Virus record (IMG/VR): IMGVR_UViG_3300012942_000055
Location: 1 to 53,717 of that record
Origin: a virus
Taxonomy: Duplodnaviria > Caudoviricetes
DNA: 53,717 nt
Direction: 5' to 3' (one strand)
Made by a program: the position numbers and the translations under genes
Notes under the pieces: generated by a model
Told to the model about the DNA's origin: nothing
Seen by the model: only the letters and a program-made list of their open reading frames with translations
Databases searched by the model: none
Shown: in pieces, positions 52,455 through 53,717 of the stretch
Numbering within the stretch: position 1 is the first letter of the stretch
Layout of the letters: the number at the start of each line of letters is the position of its first letter

Positions 52455-53191
52455 GCGACCGCGCACTTAGTGTCTTAGTGCATGGAGATTCAAAGGTTGG
52501 TAAAACTACTTTTACCACCACTGCTCCCGCACCTCGTCTTCTCCTTGATGTTGAGTCGGCCAGCCGATTCCTCAAGGTCAAGAAGGTGTATTGGAGACCA
52601 CAGGACGGCGAAGCCCCTCCTGCTTATGATGGAACATGGGACACATGCGTTGTGCAGGTCCACGACTTCGAAACAGCCCTCAAGGCTTACGAGTGGCTAA
52701 AGAGTGGTAAGCACCCATTCAAGTCGGTCATTCTTGACTCAATCTCCGAGTTGCAGGCTAAGGCTCAGGAGTCCGTCAACGGTCGTGCTCAGATGCAAAC
52801 CCAACACTGGGGACAACTTCTCACGAAGATTGCATTCTTCTGTCGAGACCTACGTGACCTCACCACCCACTCATCTAACCCGCTAGAGGCCGTTGTTATT
52901 ACAGCAATGAGCCGTGAGGTTGATGGTGTTAAGAAGCCCTTCCTACAGGGCCAGGTTGCTTCCCAAGTTCCTTACTGGTTTGACGTAACATCTTATCTGT
53001 TCGTTGACCAGGCACCTGATGAGAAAACTGGACAGCCAGTTATGGTACGTAAACTTCTCACCACAAAACACCCTCAGTTTGAGGCCGGTAACCGAGTTCC
53101 TGGCCTACCAGAGATTATTGTTGCACCTAACATTAACTCTATGCTAGAATCAGTATTCGGTCCGCATGAATCTGCGGCTCCGGCTAAGTGA
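52451..53191 (+). CDS. AAA_24/Sak4-like ATPase
   Basis: HGDSKVGKTT Walker A, LLLDVE, VILDSIS Walker B; between an exonuclease and an SSB-like gene. Confidence 0.82.
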   Translation: MSDRALSVLVHGDSKVGKTTFTTTAPAPRLLLDVESASRFLKVKKVYWRPQDGEAPPAYDGTWDTCVVQVHDFETALKAYEWLKSGKHPFKSVILDSISELQAKAQESVNGRAQMQTQHWGQLLTKIAFFCRDLRDLTTHSSNPLEAVVITAMSREVDGVKKPFLQGQVASQVPYWFDVTSYLFVDQAPDEKTGQPVMVRKLLTTKHPQFEAGNRVPGLPEIIVAPNINSMLESVFGPHESAAPAK

Positions 53192-53213
53192 AATCGAAAG
53201 GACATAACGACTA

Positions 53214-53717
53214 ATGCCACTCAAAAGTTGGGCAGACCTAGTAAACGACGCTGACACTTCGAGCAGCACAGCATCATTCGAGCCTCTTCCAGACGGCACG
53301 TATGACTTAAAGATTACCGACGCTGAGCACCGTGTTGCTCAAAGCGGTAAAGACGGCTTCAACATCACTACTGAGGTTGAGTCTGGTGCCTATCAGGGTC
53401 GTAAGGTTTTCAGTTCTTTCTGGATTTCACCTGACAACCCCACAGCACTTGGCATCTTCTTCCGACAGATGGCTGCAATTGGTCTTCCTAAGGAGTTCTT
53501 CCTCTCTAGCCCGTCCAATGAGCAGATTGCCGAGTCACTTAAAGGCAAGCGCTTCAAGGGTCAGGTCTACACTGATGACTACAACGGTAAGAAGAATAAC
53601 CGTATCAAGAACGTCTTTGAGGCTGGTCCAGCCCCTCTTGGTGGTGTAGACCCATCAAGCGTTCCTTCGGTAGACTCGGCTATCGCTTCCTCTTCCGTTC
53701 CTAGTACACCAAGTGCA
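53214..53717 (+). CDS. DUF669-like ssDNA-binding protein, truncated at window edge
   Basis: Not in the ORF track. ATG 53214 with GAAAGGA SD; MPLKSWADL..FEPLPDGTYDLKI..GAYQGRKVF..ALGIFFRQM; open to the end. Confidence 0.75.
   Translation, partial: MPLKSWADLVNDADTSSSTASFEPLPDGTYDLKITDAEHRVAQSGKDGFNITTEVESGAYQGRKVFSSFWISPDNPTALGIFFRQMAAIGLPKEFFLSSPSNEQIAESLKGKRFKGQVYTDDYNGKKNNRIKNVFEAGPAPLGGVDPSSVPSVDSAIASSSVPSTPSA

Noticed and set aside
1-53717. tRNA/rRNA genes, integrase, stop-codon reassignment
   Set aside because: No cloverleaf-like sequence noticed in the short intergenic gaps, no recombinase motifs, and genes are full length in the standard code using all three stop codons.

Overview
The window is a ~54 kb segment of a tailed dsDNA phage with a siphovirus gene layout, most likely infecting an actinobacterium. 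No integrase or repressor is visible. From left to right it contains: (i) a GC-rich left end with two leftward promoter + small-ORF cassettes sharing a 34-bp repeat, and a palindrome cluster; (ii) small accessory genes (metallophosphoesterase, MazG/PRA-PH-like pyrophosphohydrolase, double-HTH protein, DUF1360-like membrane protein); (iii) a head module of portal, a 2411-aa multidomain protein, 245-aa and 660-aa proteins, prohead protease, scaffold-fused major capsid protein and a second pentamer-type capsid protein; (iv) tail genes, including a probable -1 frameshift chaperone pair, a free-standing GIY-YIG endonuclease, tape measure, Dit and tail tip; (v) an inverted pair of holin-like membrane genes; (vi) replication genes (dCMP deaminase, family A polymerase, RuvC-like, SNF2 helicase, ThyX, Cas4-like nuclease, AAA ATPase, DUF669-like protein). 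The best candidate for an undescribed system is a putative capsid-cargo cassette between portal and protease. Its giant protein combines a HipA/PI3K-like kinase fold, a Nudix hydrolase, repeated beta modules and a DarT/ART-like C-terminus. It shares a ~21-aa motif (Y..ERS.NA..Q.R...GK[WF]) with the neighbouring 660-aa protein. That protein looks like a polyprotein punctuated by a [LIV][TV]A[ASG][AG] motif that recurs across the head proteins. All family calls come from reading motifs by eye; no database searches were run.
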